This document shows, one piece after another, positions 1-12,018 of a stretch of DNA of 64,000 bases. Under the pieces are notes generated by a model that was not told where the DNA came from, ran no database searches, and saw only the letters and a program-made list of their open reading frames with translations. The position numbers were made by a program, and so were the translations under genes. Origin of the DNA: Mobula hypostoma. Lineage: Eukaryota. Position 1 is the first letter of the stretch. The number at the start of each line of letters is the position of its first letter. Location of the stretch: the NCBI RefSeq assembly GCF_963921235.1, contig NC_086097.1, positions 46,874,001 through 46,938,000 on the forward strand, given 5' to 3'.

Positions 1-525
1 ACTTTGTAACTCTTTTAAATACTTGAAGATTAATGTTTTCGGAGAAATTTCTACTCCTAGACTTGGTGAAGGTTTGTTTTGATTAAACTGAGACAAGTGA
101 AGTTGCTATCTTTTGTGTGAAACCTTCACCTTTAGAAATCTTCAATTCATTCTCTGCTGCTTCAACCTTTTCTCAATGGCAGGAAGTTAGGAGATGTTAA
201 AAATAAACACGAACATTACTTACACTCAGTGCCACTTTATTAGGTAGCCCCTGAGAATATGTTCATGATCTTCTGCTGCTGTAGCCCATCAACTTCAAGG
301 TTCAACATGTGTGTTCAGACATGCTCTTCTGCACACCACTGTTGTAGCACGTGGTTATTTAAGTTATATCACCTTCCTGTCAGTTTGAATCAATCTGGCC
401 ATCCTCCCCTGATCTCTCTCATCAACAAGGCAGTTTCACGCACAAACCTGCCACTTACTGGATTTTTTTTTTGGTTTTTCACACTAGTTTCTGTAAACTC
501 TAGAGAATGTTGTAAGTGAAAATCC

Positions 526-3500
526 AAAGCAGTATCTGGTTTACTATCACTGGCATACTGTCACAACCATGGATTCCGCAGAGCAGTAGATACAGCAATT
601 GCACTTGTGAATATGCACGTGTCAGCTAATTATTATTTCATTGTGATAGGATTTAACTCCATTCATTCCGTTGTCATGCTTGTCAAGACCTGCACTTGGA
701 CCTGTTTGCTTTCAGCCTTGCCTGAGAAATTGGACTGTTGAATCAATTGACTCTGAAGACTAGCGGTATTCATTTTATATTTAGTTGTTCTTTTCAGCCG
801 TAGTGTAAGCTTCATTTCCCATTTTAGGATTTTAGTTAACAGCCCTGTTTGGCCTAACATTTATTGTTTTATTTTCCCTTTAACACTGTTCACATTAAGG
901 CCTGTGAACTATTAACCTGTGTCAGTGTCTCACACTCCGTACTTGGGCCATATCCAAACTGCCGTGACAGCAAGTCTCGACCTCACAGAGATGGACCCAG
1001 CAGAGAGACAGCAGCTGACCTTGGCCGTGAGATTCATTGGTCAGGTAGGAGACAAGCTACAGGCAATGAAATCTGTTACAGAGACAATGAGGCAGATAAT
1101 CTCGTGCCAACAAGCTCAGTCTCACTTGGAGGAACAGGTATCATCCCTACCCGCAACTGTTCAACAGCTCACCACAGACAATCGGACTTGAGTGTCTGCG
1201 ACTTCCACACTCACGGCCGCCATCCACGAACTTGCTGTGAACAGCTGATCCAGCGCTACAAGCACACCTGAAGACAAGCCAAGGCTTCTCTGCTGCGTGC
1301 CCAAAAGCAACATTCCCGGCAGGCTGATCGGCTCCATCAACAGGTACAGCCATTCAAGCCAGGGGAGGAGGTCTGGTTGGCATCAAGGGATCTTTCCTTG
1401 AAAGTCGACAGCCAGAAATTGGCACCGTGCTAAGTGGGACCATTTGTAGTGGAAAACGCTGTCAACAAGGTGTCTTATAGAATGTGTCTACCAGCATCAC
1501 TGAAGATCCACCAAGGAATCCATGTTTCTCAGCTTAATCCAGTTACTACCTCTCCTTTGGCCCCAGTCACCCCACATCCTCCTCCTCCCTCCCTGGTAGA
1601 TGGTTCCCTTGTCTATGCAATGCGGCACCTCCTGGCATCTCGCTGGCTACGTGGTAAGGTCCAGTACCTGACTGGGAAGTGTATAGTCCAGAAGAACGTA
1701 CTTGGATCCCAGCCAAGGACACATTGGACAAGTCGCTGATCCGGGACTTCCAGCAGACACAGGTCTGTGGTGCCTCGGGGGCTGCGCCTAGACAGAGGGG
1801 TCCTGTCACAACCACAGATTCAGCAGAGCAGCAGATACGGCAATTGCGCTTGTGAATATGCATGTGTCAGATAATTATTATTGCATTGTGATAACATTTA
1901 ACTCTATTCGTTCCGTCCTATTGCTTGTCAAGACTTGGACACAGCATAGCAACGCTTCACTGCCCATCTGTTTTCGGCCTTGCCTGAGAAATTGTACAGT
2001 CGAGTCAACCGACTCTGAAGACTAGCAGTATTCGTTTTGTATTTAGTTGTTCTTTTCAGCCACAGTGTAGGCTTCCTTTCCCATTTGAGAGTTTTGGTTG
2101 ATGGCCCTGTTTGGCCTAGTGTTTATTGTTTTCTTTTTCCTTTGACACTGTTTGCATTAAAGTCTGTAAACTATCAACCCACATTAGTGTCTCTCACTCC
2201 GCACTTGGGCCAATCCGAACTTGGTGACACATACGTTGCTGTTTTTGCAACAGCAGTACATTGCAATACATAGTTATAAAAACTACAAGTTACAATAAGA
2301 AGTATATATTTTTTAAAAAAGTAGTGCAAAGAGAAAAAAAACCCATGAGGCAGTGTTCATGGGTTCATCGTCCATTCAGAAGTCTGATGGCAGAGGGGAA
2401 GAAGCTGTTCCTGAAATGTTGAACATATGTTTTCAGGCTCCTGTACCTCGTCGTTGATACTAACAATGAGAAGAGGGCGTGTCATAGGTGATGGGGATCC
2501 TTAATAATACATGTCACCTTTTTGAGGCATCACCTTTAGAAGGTGTCCTGGATGCTGGGGAGGCTTGTGACCAGGATGCAGCTGGCTGAGTTTGCAAATT
2601 TCTGCAACTCTTTCTGATCTTGTGCAGATGCCTCTCGATACTAGAGTGTTGCAACCAGTTAAAATGCTCTCCATGATACATCCGTAGAAATGTTCAAGTG
2701 TCTTTGGTGACATACCAAATCTCCTCAAATTCCTAATGAAATATAGCCACTGTCCTGCCTTCTTTATAATTGCATTAATATATTGGCCCAGGATAGATCC
2801 TCAGAGATGTTGACACCCAGCAACTTGAAACTGCTCCCCCTTTCCACTTCTGATCCTTTGATGAGCACTTCAGAAAGGGTGAGTTGAGTGTTCCCTCAAC
2901 TCACCCTTTCTGAAGTCCACAATCAATTCCTTGGTCTTACTGACATTGAGTGCAAGGTTGTTGCTGTAGCACCAGTCAACCAGCTGATCTATCTCACTCT
3001 CATACACCTCTTCATCACCACCTGAAATTCTGCCAACAATAGTTATGTTATTGGCAAATTTATAGATTACATCTGAGCTGTGCCGAGCCACACAGTAGAG
3101 AGAGTAGAGCAGTGGGCTAAGCACATATATTTGAGGTGCGCCAAGGTTGATTGTCAACAAAGAACAGATGTTATTGCCAATCTGCAAAGACTGGTCTCCC
3201 AGTGAGGAAGTTAAGAATCCCATTACAATGGGGGAAGAGGTAAGGGGTACAGAGGCCTAGGTTTTGAAGGTTTTTGATTAGAACTGAGGATATGATTGTG
3301 GTGAACTCTGAGCTGTTGTCAATAAGCAGCAGCCAGACATGTTACTATTGTACAGATGATCTAAAGCCACATGGAGAGCCAGTGAGATTGCATCCGCTGT
3401 AGACCTGTTGCGTAATAGGCAAATTTCAGTGGGTCCAGGTCCTTGCTTAGGAGTTGATTCTAGCCATGACCAACCTCTCAATCCATTTCAACACAACTGA

Positions 3501-4975
3501 TGTGGTGTCACTGGGCAACAGTAAACCAAGTCAGCTCACCCTGCTCATCTTGAGCAACAGATTGTTGCCCTTTTCAAGCAGGTGGAAATTTCTGACTGTA
3601 GCAGTGAGAGATTGAAGATGTCCTTGAACACTCCCACCAGTTGTTGGAACAGGTTCTCAGAGCCCTGCCAGATACACCATCAGGCATGACACCTTGCAAG
3701 GGTTCACCCTTTTGAAAGATGTTCTGATGTCGGCCTCCAAGACAGAGATCAGAGTCACCAAATGGTGTAGAGAGTCACAAAGATGTAGTTTTATTCTCCC
3801 TTTCAAAGCATGCATAAAGAGAGTTGAGCTCATCTGGGAGTAAAGCACCATTGTCATTCATTGTGTTAGGTTTCGCTTTTGTAGGAGGCAATGGCCTGCA
3901 AACCCTGCCAGAGCTGATGTGCATCCAGTTTTGTCTCTAACCTCAATTGGAATTGTTTCTTCACTCTTAAGATAGCCTACTGTAGGTAGTTCTGGATCAC
4001 TGCTCTTAAATGCCACAAATCTAAACCTGAGCAGACTACAAATCTCCAGATTTGGGTATGTCTCATATATTCTCGAAGGCACACACTCATCCAAACAGGT
4101 TTTGATGAGGTCGGTGACAACTGTGGCACATTCATTCAGACTTGAAGATGAATTCTCTGGTTCCACAGGTAAGATGTTGGTGGGAGTTGTTCAGAGACTT
4201 CTTCAAGCTGGCCTGGTTGAAATCTCAGGTAGGGACTGGGAAATCGCCATGGTGCACTGTTTTGTCCTTGCTGATTATGTTGCTCAGTTCCTCCAGAGCC
4301 TGCCTGATGTTGGCCTGAGGTGGAATGTACACTGTTATCAGGATGATGGCAGAAAACTCCATTGGCAGATAAAATGAATGACATTTGTCCACTGGATGTT
4401 TCAGGTCGGGTGAGTAGGACTGAAGCAGAACTGCTATGTTTGTGCACCATGATGAGTTCATCATAAAGCACACTCAACCTCCCCTGCCTTTTAAAAAATT
4501 GAGCTGTCCAGTCTTTGCAGAAAATGGTTACGCTATTGAGCTGCAGCGCCATGTCTGAAATGGCAGATGTGAGCCATGTTTCCATGAAGCAATGTACACA
4601 GCAGTCCCTGTGACCCTTTGATACTGCAACTTTGCTCTGAGGTCTTCAATTTTATTTTCCAAAGGCTGTACATTCGCCAGCAGAATAGGCAGGAATGGAT
4701 GTCTAAAGCCTTTGCGTCTCAACTGAACTTGTACACTGCACAGCGTTCCTACTTCAGTTTTATTAAAGGAGAACTGCACCCGCGACCTGAGTCTGCTGTC
4801 TGAGCTTTGTCAATTTTGTATATTGATAGATTTCTTTAAACATCTTAAAGTGATGCTGCTTACTGAAGTACCTATGGCTATGACTGTGGGTTTCAGCTGT
4901 GATAGTCCTATACGGGAATATTTGATGATTTCCATGGGGCTGCATGCAAACATTTAATGGTGCCATCTTGAAGAT
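526..4975 (-). mobile_element. Near full-length degenerate Rex1/Babar-like LINE (APE endonuclease + RT), interrupted by an LTR element
   Basis: Minus-strand fragments ILLANVQPLENK and ETWLT (endonuclease), RNRSTADAISLALH, GAPQ..LSPLLYSLY, KFANNITIVGRI (RT), FYGCIMESILTGC (C-terminus). AATCC is duplicated at 521-525 and 4976-4980. Confidence 0.8.
559..2229 (+). mobile_element. Internally deleted chromovirus (Sushi-like) Ty3/Gypsy LTR retrotransposon
   Basis: LTRs 559-969 and 1804-2229 (TGTCAC...GTGACA), 5-bp TSD CATAC, purine tract before the 3' LTR. Retains gag N-terminus (MDPAERQQ) and integrase tail (PFKPGEEVWL..KLAP..GPF..HVSQL) with chromodomain-like [19 protein letters not shown]. Confidence 0.9.
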
Positions 4976-5557
4976 AATCCCAGGAGAAAAGCATTTTCTG
5001 AGATACCCAAAACACCCCGTCTGGCACCAACAATCAAAGTCAAAGTCACTTATATCACATTCCTACCCCATTCTGATATTTGGTCTGAACAACAACTGAA
5101 ACTCGTGACAATGTCTGCATGCTTCTTTGCATTGAGTTGCTGCCACATGATTGGCTGAGATATTTGCATTGACAAGCAGGTGTACCTAAGAAAGAGGTCA
5201 CTGAGTGTATTTATGAGGTGGAAAAGTGACAAGAATTCATCAAGCTGTTCATGGTATCTTTTAGCATATTTACTGAGATGTGGGTAAAGCTCACAAGACC
5301 AACATTTATTGCTTATCCAGCTATAGCCAATGAGCTATTTTAAGCATTAGTAAGGGATTAAAGATATTACCATAAACCAATTCTAGACTAATTTAGTATG
5401 ATATTTTCTTTTAGGAGCTGAGGTTCTGCATAACTTCCTGATATTTTGAGCTGTTAGAATAGCATTGCAGCTTGTGAATCTTTACAGTCGTTAAGCCATG
5501 ATGCCATCTTATAGCCAGCTGCTATAGATTTATGTATGGTTACCCATGGCTGTGAGT

Positions 5558-6102
5558 TGTGACGAGAATACACATAAAATTAAGATGTTTGCTGGCCTGG
5601 GTTAGCATCAGTGACATCAGCAAGTGGTTTGCCACCTGTCCTCAGGGGAAGGAGAGATAAGGAACAATGGAGCAGCGTCTGGAGATGTGTAATGAAGGGA
5701 CGGGGGAGAGAGAGCTGTCTGGAGCGGCTCCCCCTTTGAACCCTGAACTGTTTGAAGTGATGGACAGGCGATACTCCAGCAGGGGGATAAAAAGGGACAG
5801 GTTCGCTAAGGCAGGACACACACGACACCCGAGGTAACGAGACCCTGGAAGCGGTGCGCCTCTCACGAGTCGGTGGGAAGTATCGGACAACGCACAGGGT
5901 GGAAAGGTACGATCAGCGGGAACCCGGTGTGTGTCCGCCCTTGCCTGGGTGCCGGGTTCACTGCAGAGGATCGACCGCATCTGGAGGAGGGGTCACAGTC
6001 GGTGACCTCAGGTGACATCACCAAGGACCTGCCCAAAAGTTGCTTGTGAGCAATTATCGTCGGTCTGTGAGTGGAAGCCGTTTCTGAATGATCAGTCGTT
6101 CC

Positions 6103-6133
<31 letters not shown>

Positions 6134-6433
6134 GCCCCCCACGTTGTCCATCGCCATGGCAACGATTACTGCAAACTGAACTAAATTGGACTGAACTTTG
6201 TGTCACTTTGAAATTGGTCATTTATCGCTAGGCAACGATAGAGCTTGATTGATGCTGTTATCTTAATTCTGTGCACATGTGTGTTTATCATTGCTGAACT
6301 GTTGCATTTATTATCCTTTCGATTACTGTGTTGCTTGTTTCTTTAATAAAACTTTCTTAGTTCTGGTAATCCAGACTCCAAATGAGTGATCCATTTCTGC
6401 TGGTTTGGCAACCCAGTTACGGGGTACGTAACA
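5558..6433 (+). mobile_element. Solo LTR of the Gmr1-like Gypsy family found at 26108-29691
   Basis: TGTGAC...GTAACA ends, 4-bp TSD GAGT, near reverse complement of LTR 28849-29691. Confidence 0.92.
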
Positions 6434-6794
6434 GAGTTTACAAGAATTATTCATGCATTTGAAATTACAACTGATAGTCAAAGGAGCAGTGTCAATATTA
6501 GCTACTAGAGATCCCATATATTATTGAAAATACTTGAAAAAAAGCTAGCTATTAATATTTTTGGCTCTCTGCCAATATGCTTTATGTAAACAGACTCTTC
6601 ACATCTCCGGCAATCTACCACATATCCTCTCCTACCAACACTATCCAACAACAGGGACATTACTGACTGTCTGGTTTTTTATAGGTGCCATCTGAAAACC
6701 ATCATTGCAGAAACGGCTGCCGAAGTGCACAAAAGATTAGAGAAAGGTCAAATGATCAGTCCCACTTGCTGGGAACAAGATTGAAACTAAATGG

Positions 6795-7420
6795 ACGAGA
6801 AAAACTGCAGATGCTGAAAATTCAAGAAACACACAAAAAATGCCGGCGGAACTCATCAGGCCTGGCAGCATTTATGGAAAAGAGTAAACAGTCGACATTT
6901 TGGGCCAAGTCCCTTCATCGGGACTGGAAAGAAAATGAGAAGTTAGAGCAAGAAGTTAGGGGGAGGGGAAGAAGTACAAGATGGTAGGTGATAGGTGAAA
7001 ATGGGTGAGGGGGAGGGTTGAAGTAAAGAGCTGGGAAGCTGATAGGTGAAAGAGATAAAGAGCTGGAGAAGAAGGAATCTGATATGAGACAGTAGACGAT
7101 CATGGAAGAAAGAGGAGCACCAGATGGAGGTGATGGACAGGTAAGGAGATAAGTGAGAGAGGGAAATGGAAATGGAAGTGGTGAAGGGGGCAATTACTGG
7201 AAGTTTGAGAAATCAATGTTCATGCCATCAGGTTAGAGGGTACCCAGACGGAATATAATGTGCTGCTCCTCCAATCTGTGTATGGTCTCCTCTACTACCG
7301 TGATGAGGTCACACTAAGTTTGGAGGAGCAGTACCCTATATTCCGTCTGGGTAGCCTCCAACCTAATGGCATGGCCGACATGTCAGTCCATGGCCTCCTC
7401 TACTGCCGCGATGAGGCCAC
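6795..7420 (-). mobile_element. Degenerate Penelope-like element 3' region / pseudo-LTR with decayed hammerhead
   Basis: Similar to 40546-41160. Core-mutated hammerhead at 6890-6925; short inverted piece at about 7277-7420. Confidence 0.7.
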
Positions 7421-7790
7421 ACTCATACTATAGGAACGATGCGCTTAAGTTGGAGCAAGTGCAAAAGAAAATGACTTACAAGGATATTGCTGAGAGTGGA
7501 GGGCTTGAGATAGAAGTACAGACTGGATATGCTGGGACTGCTTTCCCCTGGAGTGAAGCAGACTGGGGGTGACCATACAGAGCCATATAGACTCATGAAG
7601 GACATGGATAAGATGCACAGTCTTTTTCCAAAGATAGAAGAATCTAAAACTAGAGACCATAGGTTTACATGACATGATATAAATTTAAAAAGAACCCAAG
7701 AGACAAGATTTTCCACAAAGAGTTATGGTTATATGGAATGAGCTGCAAGAGCCGGGTAAAATTTCAGTGTTTAAAAGACACCAATTGCAC
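7420..7790 (+). mobile_element. Degenerate CR1 LINE 3' fragment
   Basis: YYRNDALKLEQVQKK-type RT C-terminal remnant resembling other CR1 copies in the window. Confidence 0.6.
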
Positions 7791-8117
7791 ATTTATTGTA
7801 CTGTGGTGACCCACTTTCTAGCAGACACGAACCGGCGTGCACCGGCAGAGAGGCCGGCCCCAAAAAGGGCGCCAGGCTATCTTCACCAGCAGGGGGAAAA
7901 TCCCGCACGCGGAAAGGGTCTGGGAATATGCATTCCCCACAGCAGTCCCGCCCAGGGAGGGCGGGAACAGGAAGGCTTTAAAGCAGGCTGCAAAGTTTGA
8001 ATAAATCGCTTTTATCGCAACTCCAACTCACCGACTACGTGTAGTTATTTTAGCGCTGTGTGTAGCACACCACTACAATTGGTGACCCCGACAGCCCAAA
8101 CAATATTTGGACCAGAG

Positions 8118-8822
8118 ATGACCGACGCCGCATCTGTTCACGCAGTTTCGTTAAAACTGCCAAGCTTCTGGATGCTGCGACCCCACTTATGGTTTGAACA
8201 AGCAGAAGCACAATTCCCCATTCGGCAGATAACTTCGGAGCCCACTCGCTACTACTACGTGCTGAGCTCACTCGACCAGGAGACAGCTGCACAAGTTGAG
8301 GAGTTTATAGAGTCACCCCCGGAGGACAGCAGATACACAGCATTCAAAGCCCTGCTCATAAGGACTTTCAGACTCTCAGGGCGCGAATGAGCACGCCGCT
8401 TAATGCACCTGGATGGTTTGGGAGACAGGCCACTGTCGGTATTAATAAACGAGATGCTGGCCCTGGCTGAAGGACACAAACCCTACCTCATGTTTGAGCA
8501 GGCGTTCCTAGAGCAACTACCCGAGGACATATGCCTGCTGCTGTCCGACGCAGATTTCAGCGACCCCCAGGAGGTGGCGGCCCGGGCAGATGTGCTGTGG
8601 AATGCCAGGAAAGAGAGAGGGGCGTCCATCGCACAGATCACCAAGCCGCGTGCCCAACGGCAGACCAGACCAGGCCCGGCAGCAGAGCCTACAAAACCCG
8701 GCGACAGGAGTGAGGAGCCCAAAGAACAATGGTGCTTCTACCACCAGCGGTGGGGCACAGAGGCCCACCACTGTAGACCACCCTGCAAATTCCCGGGAAA
8801 TGCCAGGGCCAGCCGCCACTGA
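8118..8822 (+). pseudogene. gag: gag pseudogene of Gypsy element
   Basis: AVSLKLPSFW..WFEQAEAQF, LGDRPLS, terminal CFYHQRWG..AHHCRPPC motif; in-frame stop at 8388-8390. Confidence 0.85.
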
Positions 8823-10542
8823 TGGATAGGGTGGCTGGCCATCAGGACAGCTTCCTGTATGTCTGGGACAAGCAGTCGGGACGCCGCTTTTTGGTCGACA
8901 CCGGAGCGGAGATCAGCGTCTTACCTTCAACAAGTTACTACACCCGCAACAGAAAACTGGGACCCACCCTGGGGGCCGCAAATGGCAGCACAATACGCAC
9001 CTAAGACCACCCGAACTCAAATACAGTGCTTTCGACCTGGAGCTATTGGCACTATACCTAGCAATCCGGTATTTCAGGTACTTCTTAGAAGGTAGGCCCT
9101 TCACCGCGTTCACAGACCACAAACCGCTTACCTTTGCATTCACGGTGTCCGACCCCTGGTCGTCCCACCAGCAGCGACATCTGTCCTACATCTCCGAGTA
9201 CACGACGGACATCCGGCATGTCTCGGGAAAGGACAACGTCGTGGCGGATGCACTATCCAGACTGACCATACAGGCCCTGTCCCAGGGGGTGGACTATGCA
9301 GCGCTGGCGGAAGCACAGCAGGCAGACACTGAGATCCGCAGTTACAGGATTGCGGTCTCCGGTTTGCAGCTCCAAGACCTCCCCGCAGGCCCAGGTGAGA
9401 GGACCCTTCTGTGTGACGTAGGTACCGGCCAACACTGCCCCGTCGTCCCAGCAGCCTGGCGGCGGCAAGTTTTCAAATCCATTCACAACTTAGCGCACCC
9501 CTCCATCAGGACAACCATCCGGTTGGTCTCCAACAGGTTCGTGTGGCATGGACTGCGTAAACAGGTCAATGAATGGGCCAAAACGTGCACGCAGTGCCAA
9601 ACGGCCAAGGTGCAGCGGCACACCAAGGCTCCGCCGCAGCAGTTTGAACCCACCAGCCGGAGGTTTCACCACATTCATGTGAATATCGTGGGGCCCCTGC
9701 CAGTGTCGCGAGGAGCACGGTACCTCCTAACGATGATAGACCGGTTCACCAGATGGCCAGAGGCGGTCCCGCTCACCGACACCACCTCCGAATCCTGCGC
9801 CCAAGCACTGATCGCAACCTGGGTAGCACGCTTCGGGGTACCAGCCCACATTACCTCCGACAGGGGCACCCAGTTCACCTCCAGCCTGTGGTCAGCTATG
9901 GCCAACCTTTTAGGATCACAGCTACACCACACAACTGCCTACCACCCACAGTCCAACGGACTAGTGGAGCGTTTCCACCGTCACTTGAAGTCGGCTCTCA
10001 TGGCCCGCCTGGAAGGGCCTAACTGGGTCCTGCTTGGAATCCGCACGGTGCCCAAGGAGGATCTGCACACCTCGTCGGCCGAGTTGGTGTACGGCGCACC
10101 CCTGGTAGTCCCAGGAGAGTTCATACCGGCCCCAAGGGGGCAAGAGGAGGAACCCGCAGCAGTCCTGGACAGACTACGTGAGAGGCTCGGTAACCTGGCC
10201 CCCATACCCACTTCACAGCACGGACAGAGCCCGACCTGCGTACCCAAAGACCTGCAGAACTGTAAGTTTCTTTTTGTATGATGGGGCGGACACCGGGCAC
10301 CACTACAGTGGCCCTACGAAGGGCTGTTTAAGGTGATCAGGAACAACGGGTCCACGTTCGTGCTGGACATTGGGGGGAGAGAGGAGGTTTTCACGGTGGA
10401 CCGACTCAAACCGGCCCATGTGGACCTGGCGCAGCCGGTCCAGGCTCAGGCACCGCGGCGCAGGGGCAGACCTCCCAAACAGAGGCCGATCCAGACTGTG
10501 GACATTGGGGTAGGTATCGCCAGTTCTGGGGGGGGGGGATAA
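8822..10542 (+). pseudogene. pol: pol pseudogene: protease, RNase H C-terminal half, integrase; RT missing
   Basis: FLVDTGAEISVLP; ELLALYLAIRYFRYFLEGRPFTAFTDHKPL; HNLAHPS..CTQCQ; HIHVNIVGPL, ITSDRGTQF, NGLVERFH. Stops at about 9002 and 10279. Confidence 0.9.
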
Positions 10543-12018
10543 TCTGGTGACCCACTTTCTAGCACACACAAACCGGCACGCACCGCCAGAGAGGCTGGCC
10601 CCAAAAAGGGCGCCAGGCCATCTTCACTAACAAGGGAAAATCCCGCACGCGGAAAGGGTCTGCGATTATGCATTCCCTACAGCAGTACCGCCCAGGGAGG
10701 GCGGGAACGGGAAGGCTTTAAAGCAGGCCGCGAAGTTTGAATAAATTGCTTTTATCGCAACTCCAACTCACCGACTACGTGTGGTTATTTTAGCGCTGTG
10801 TGTAGCACACCGCTACAGTACCATATTTTCAGATGAAATCTCTGTATACTATGCATGTTCGAAAATAGTTATGAAATATTATTTTTCCAGGAACTGGAGA
10901 ATCTCACAATATGTTGCACAGGGCAAGACAAGATTAATTACAAACTAAGTGATATTAGATTGAAGGAACATGAAACAATTGAACTTCTGACCCAACTTTA
11001 TTTAATATTTTCATTTTACATTATTATTAAGTAGGAAAATACAGGTAGGTTTAAAAAGCAAAGCAGAAGAATTGACTGGATCAGAGGAGTTTATTATTAG
11101 TACGATTTGAGAAACCAAACTATGTAAATTCAGTGCTTCAGTACTGCTATACTGTAGGTCATTTAGGGGCTGAGATGAAAGTTACCACATTCTTGTCTAC
11201 TCAGAACTTTAGCTGTTAACTTTCATTGCTAAACTGACCAACGTTTCTTCCTAGTGGTATAATAAAAAAATTGACCGAATCATAACACATCAAGGGTTCT
11301 TAACCTGGGGACCACAGACCCCTTGGGGCCAGCGGAGTGATTCCAGGGGGTCCATAAACTTAGATGGGAAAAAATTTACATCTTTATATTCACTAACCTC
11401 TAACTGAAATTATATTTTCTACAATGATAAATGTAGGCAACAAACCACAGTAGTATTAGCAGTACCTGTGACTTTGTCACCTGTAAAAATCACAGATATT
11501 TTCATATCACATTACAGTTGTTTAGAATATCTCCAAAATATCATTTACAGCACGCTAATCACAACTTTGAAATTACGGTAGCTATTAGACTCGCTGCTGG
11601 ATCAAACGCGATTGGCATCTTCCTGTCTGCAGACGCTCATGCGATGTAGTAGCCAATGATCGGGCGGCCCTGTTCCTAGCAGTCATTCAGCATCCAAACA
11701 TGAAGTCGCATGATCTCATTTTTGTGACATAGACATTTACATTGCTCTCGATTATTCCTTATCTACAATTGCTTGTTGATCAATGCAGATCAAATGAGAA
11801 CTCTTACCATTCCGTAAGGCTACGTAGCCTTTTGTGATACCGTGCAACTCCATGCGCAATAATAGCTGACTTCTAGGAAGGACACAAAGCCTGGGCTACT
11901 GCTGTAGTCTTTATGTCTATCTGAGCATCTAAAGGCCATTAAAAGTGTTAAGCTTTGGATAAATTGTAAAACCTGCCTTATTTTATTTACTTGGCACACA
12001 AATTTCTTGAATATTTTA

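Larger units (their letters stand above)
223..5207 (-). mobile_element. Non-autonomous Tc1/mariner element, split (223-525 and 4976-5207) by nested retroelements
   Basis: TA-flanked TIRs: CACTCAGTGCCACTTTATTAGGTA at 223 and TACCTAAGAAAGAGGTCACTGAGTG ending at 5207. The halves join at AATCC and match the uninterrupted copy at 58229-58797. Confidence 0.85.
7802..10817 (+). mobile_element. Ty3/Gypsy LTR retrotransposon with RT domain deleted
   Basis: LTRs 7802-8077 and 10543-10817 (about 21 substitutions plus 1 indel by hand count), TSD GTAC, PBS TGGTGACCCCGAC (tRNA-Trp type), G-rich PPT at 10528-10538. Confidence 0.95.

Noticed and set aside
6685..6750. Plus-strand exon CHLKTIIAETAAEVHKRLEK
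   Set aside because: Acceptor is plausible but the donor (GTCAAA) is poor, and no homology was recognised.
9046..10281. 411-aa integrase ORF as a domesticated gene
   Set aside because: It lies between LTRs, the first catalytic Asp reads Asn (HVNIVGP), NWVLLG appears to have an in-frame deletion, and a premature stop occurs at 10279.
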